Origin: Takakia lepidozioides
Lineage: Eukaryota > Plantae > Bryophyta
Assembly: GCA_030704615.1 (NCBI GenBank)
Contig: JAKLZA010000168.1
Span: 1 to 21,000, forward strand
Length of the DNA: 21,000 nt
Direction of reading: 5' to 3'
In this document: positions 20,054-21,000 of the stretch, one piece after another
How positions within the stretch are numbered: position 1 is the first letter of the stretch
Layout of the letters: each line of letters begins with the position of its first letter
The notes under the pieces: generated by a model
Told to the model about the DNA's origin: nothing
The model's input: only the letters and a program-made list of their open reading frames with translations
Databases searched by the model: none
Program-made: the position numbers and the translations under genes

Positions 20054-21000
20054 ATGAGATGTACTCATTCATGGATGGCTTCAGTGGTTATAATCAAGTG
20101 CAAGTGGCAGAAGAAGACCAAGGAAAGACAGCTTTCATCACAGACTGGGGTGCTTATGCATACAAAGTCATGCCCTTTGGACTTTGTAATGCACCAGCAA
20201 CCTTTCAGAGAGTGATAAGTGAATCTTTTCATGAGTATCTGGATGATTTCATGCAGGTGTTCTTGGATGATTTCAGTGTGTACAGCTCTAAGAATGAGCA
20301 CTTGCATAAATTGGAGTTATGTCTGGTCAGATGCAGGATGAGAGGTCTGGGCCTGAATCCAGAGAAGTGTACTTTCTGTGTGAACTCAGGGGTGCTTCTG
20401 GGACACAATGTGTGTAAGAGGGGACTTCTTGTGGATCCCAGAAAGACAGAGGCCATTAAAGCCTCTCCACCCCCAGTAAATGCTAAGAGTCTAAGGAGAT
20501 TCCTTGGGCAAACCAGTTATTACAGAAGATTTGTCAAAAGGTATGCACAGATAGCAGCACCATTGAGCAAGCTTCTGAAGAAAGATGCAGTGTTTGCATG
20601 GACACCTGAATGTCAACAGGCTTTTGAGGAACTTACATTGTCAGTAACAACTACACCTGTGCTGATTAATCCTCACTGGCAGGAAATATTTCATGGAAGA
20701 ATAGCAAGATGGTTGATAATCTTGCACGAGTTTGAGTTCGAGGTTGTTTACAAGCCTGGGAGGCTGCACTTGTGGCGGATCACTTGTCACGGTTATCAAC
20801 AGGAGAACCAGCCACGGGAGTAGATGATCAATTACCAGATGCGAGTCTATTTGCAGTGCAGGTGCAGGGAAGTGCAGATGACTGGTTAGATTGGCAGTGG
20901 CCAATCAGATACTACCTTGCTCATGGTCAGTGCCCACCAAGTTATGGAAATGAGCAAAGAAAGAGAATTGCTATCAAGGCTCTACCTTACACTATGGTAG
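20053..21000 (+). mobile_element. pol: Ty3/Gypsy LTR retrotransposon pol fragment (RT, connection, end of RNase H, linker), 5'-truncated and lacking the RNase H core
   Basis: HEMYSFMDGFSGYNQV, KTAF, MPFGLCNAPATFQR, VFLDDF, LNPEKC, LLGH, LRRFLG..YYRRFV, WTPECQQAF; PVLINPHWQEIFH joined directly to GRIARW..EFEFEVVYKPG; after a frameshift near 20770, VADHLSRL..VDDQLPDASLFAV. Confidence 0.95.

Overview
Eukaryotic, intron-containing transposon-rich DNA; a non-seed land plant is my guess, not provable from the window. It holds two adjacent, related DNA elements and a Gypsy fragment. Element 2 (~6433-20053, ~13.6 kb) is bounded by imperfect ~75-bp inverted termini. It carries a minus-strand Mutator-like transposase (GCM/WRKY-type Zn finger, DDE core, SWIM) and a divergently oriented multi-exon gene fusing a ParB/Srx-type N-terminal domain (WDGNHRLLA) to a beta-class N4C/N6A DNA methyltransferase fold with an atypical catalytic motif (DIPDG in place of DPPY). 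Element 1 (left end outside the window, right end ~6394) carries a diverged paralogue with 7 shared intron positions. Each element has its own palindrome arrays: GGCAGCTCAAACAGTGTGCG-N4-CGCACACTGTTTGAGCTGCC in element 1 and GGAAATTCGGCGCCGAATTTCC (three clusters) in element 2. Main hypothesis: a transposon-borne, prokaryote-derived ParB/parS-like plus methyltransferase self-recognition or self-marking system. Element 2 abuts a truncated Ty3/Gypsy pol lacking its RNase H core. All calls are by eye from motifs and A/B paralogue comparison; no database search was run.
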